A stretch of DNA of 64,000 bases from Nageia nagi (Eukaryota > Plantae > Pinophyta), in the NCBI GenBank assembly GCA_050084985.1, contig JBITNC010000001.1, forward strand, positions 169,446,001 through 169,510,000. Direction: 5' to 3'. Shown piece by piece: positions 63,801 through 64,000 of the stretch; position 1 is the first letter of the stretch; the number at the start of each line of letters is the position of its first letter. Made by a program: the position numbers and the translations under genes. The notes under the pieces are model-generated. The model was given only the letters and a program-made list of their open reading frames with translations, had not been told where the DNA came from and did not search any database.

Positions 63801-64000
63801 TGAGGAGTTCTTTGGGGCCCACAAGTTGAGGCCCCACTTTGAATGCAAGCATACATAGGGCTATAAGATGCAATGAAAACTTTAGTGAGATCCTAATGAA
63901 TATCCTATTTCCTTTGCCAAAACCCACTATGTGCTTTATGAGATTGGTGTTTGAGAACCAATGGAGTTAAAAAGTGAGCAATAGACTTCCTCAATCATGA

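Overview
Eukaryotic plant DNA, probably a gymnosperm-type giant genome (inference from intron size and TE load). The window is almost entirely the middle of one + strand gene, DNA ligase IV (LIG4). I assembled 17 coding exons (1,498 nt, one open frame, from the adenylation domain to just past BRCT1) across 2154-58190. They include a 7-nt microexon and two minor-spliceosome (U12-type GT-AG) introns, one of them 28 kb long. The start and end of the gene lie outside the window. The large introns are stacks of nested TEs, many with readable target-site duplications (TSDs): five hAT copies, a 5'-inverted LINE, three ordinary solo LTRs, two non-autonomous iMet-primed Gypsy-type elements, and Gypsy and Copia fragments. 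The most unusual component is a family of 6-7 kb TG...CA units with 5-bp TSDs (two complete, two or three partial). They look like giant solo LTRs carrying their own protein-coding gene, a palindrome array and a covarying terminal hairpin. All coordinates were read by eye; no searches were run.
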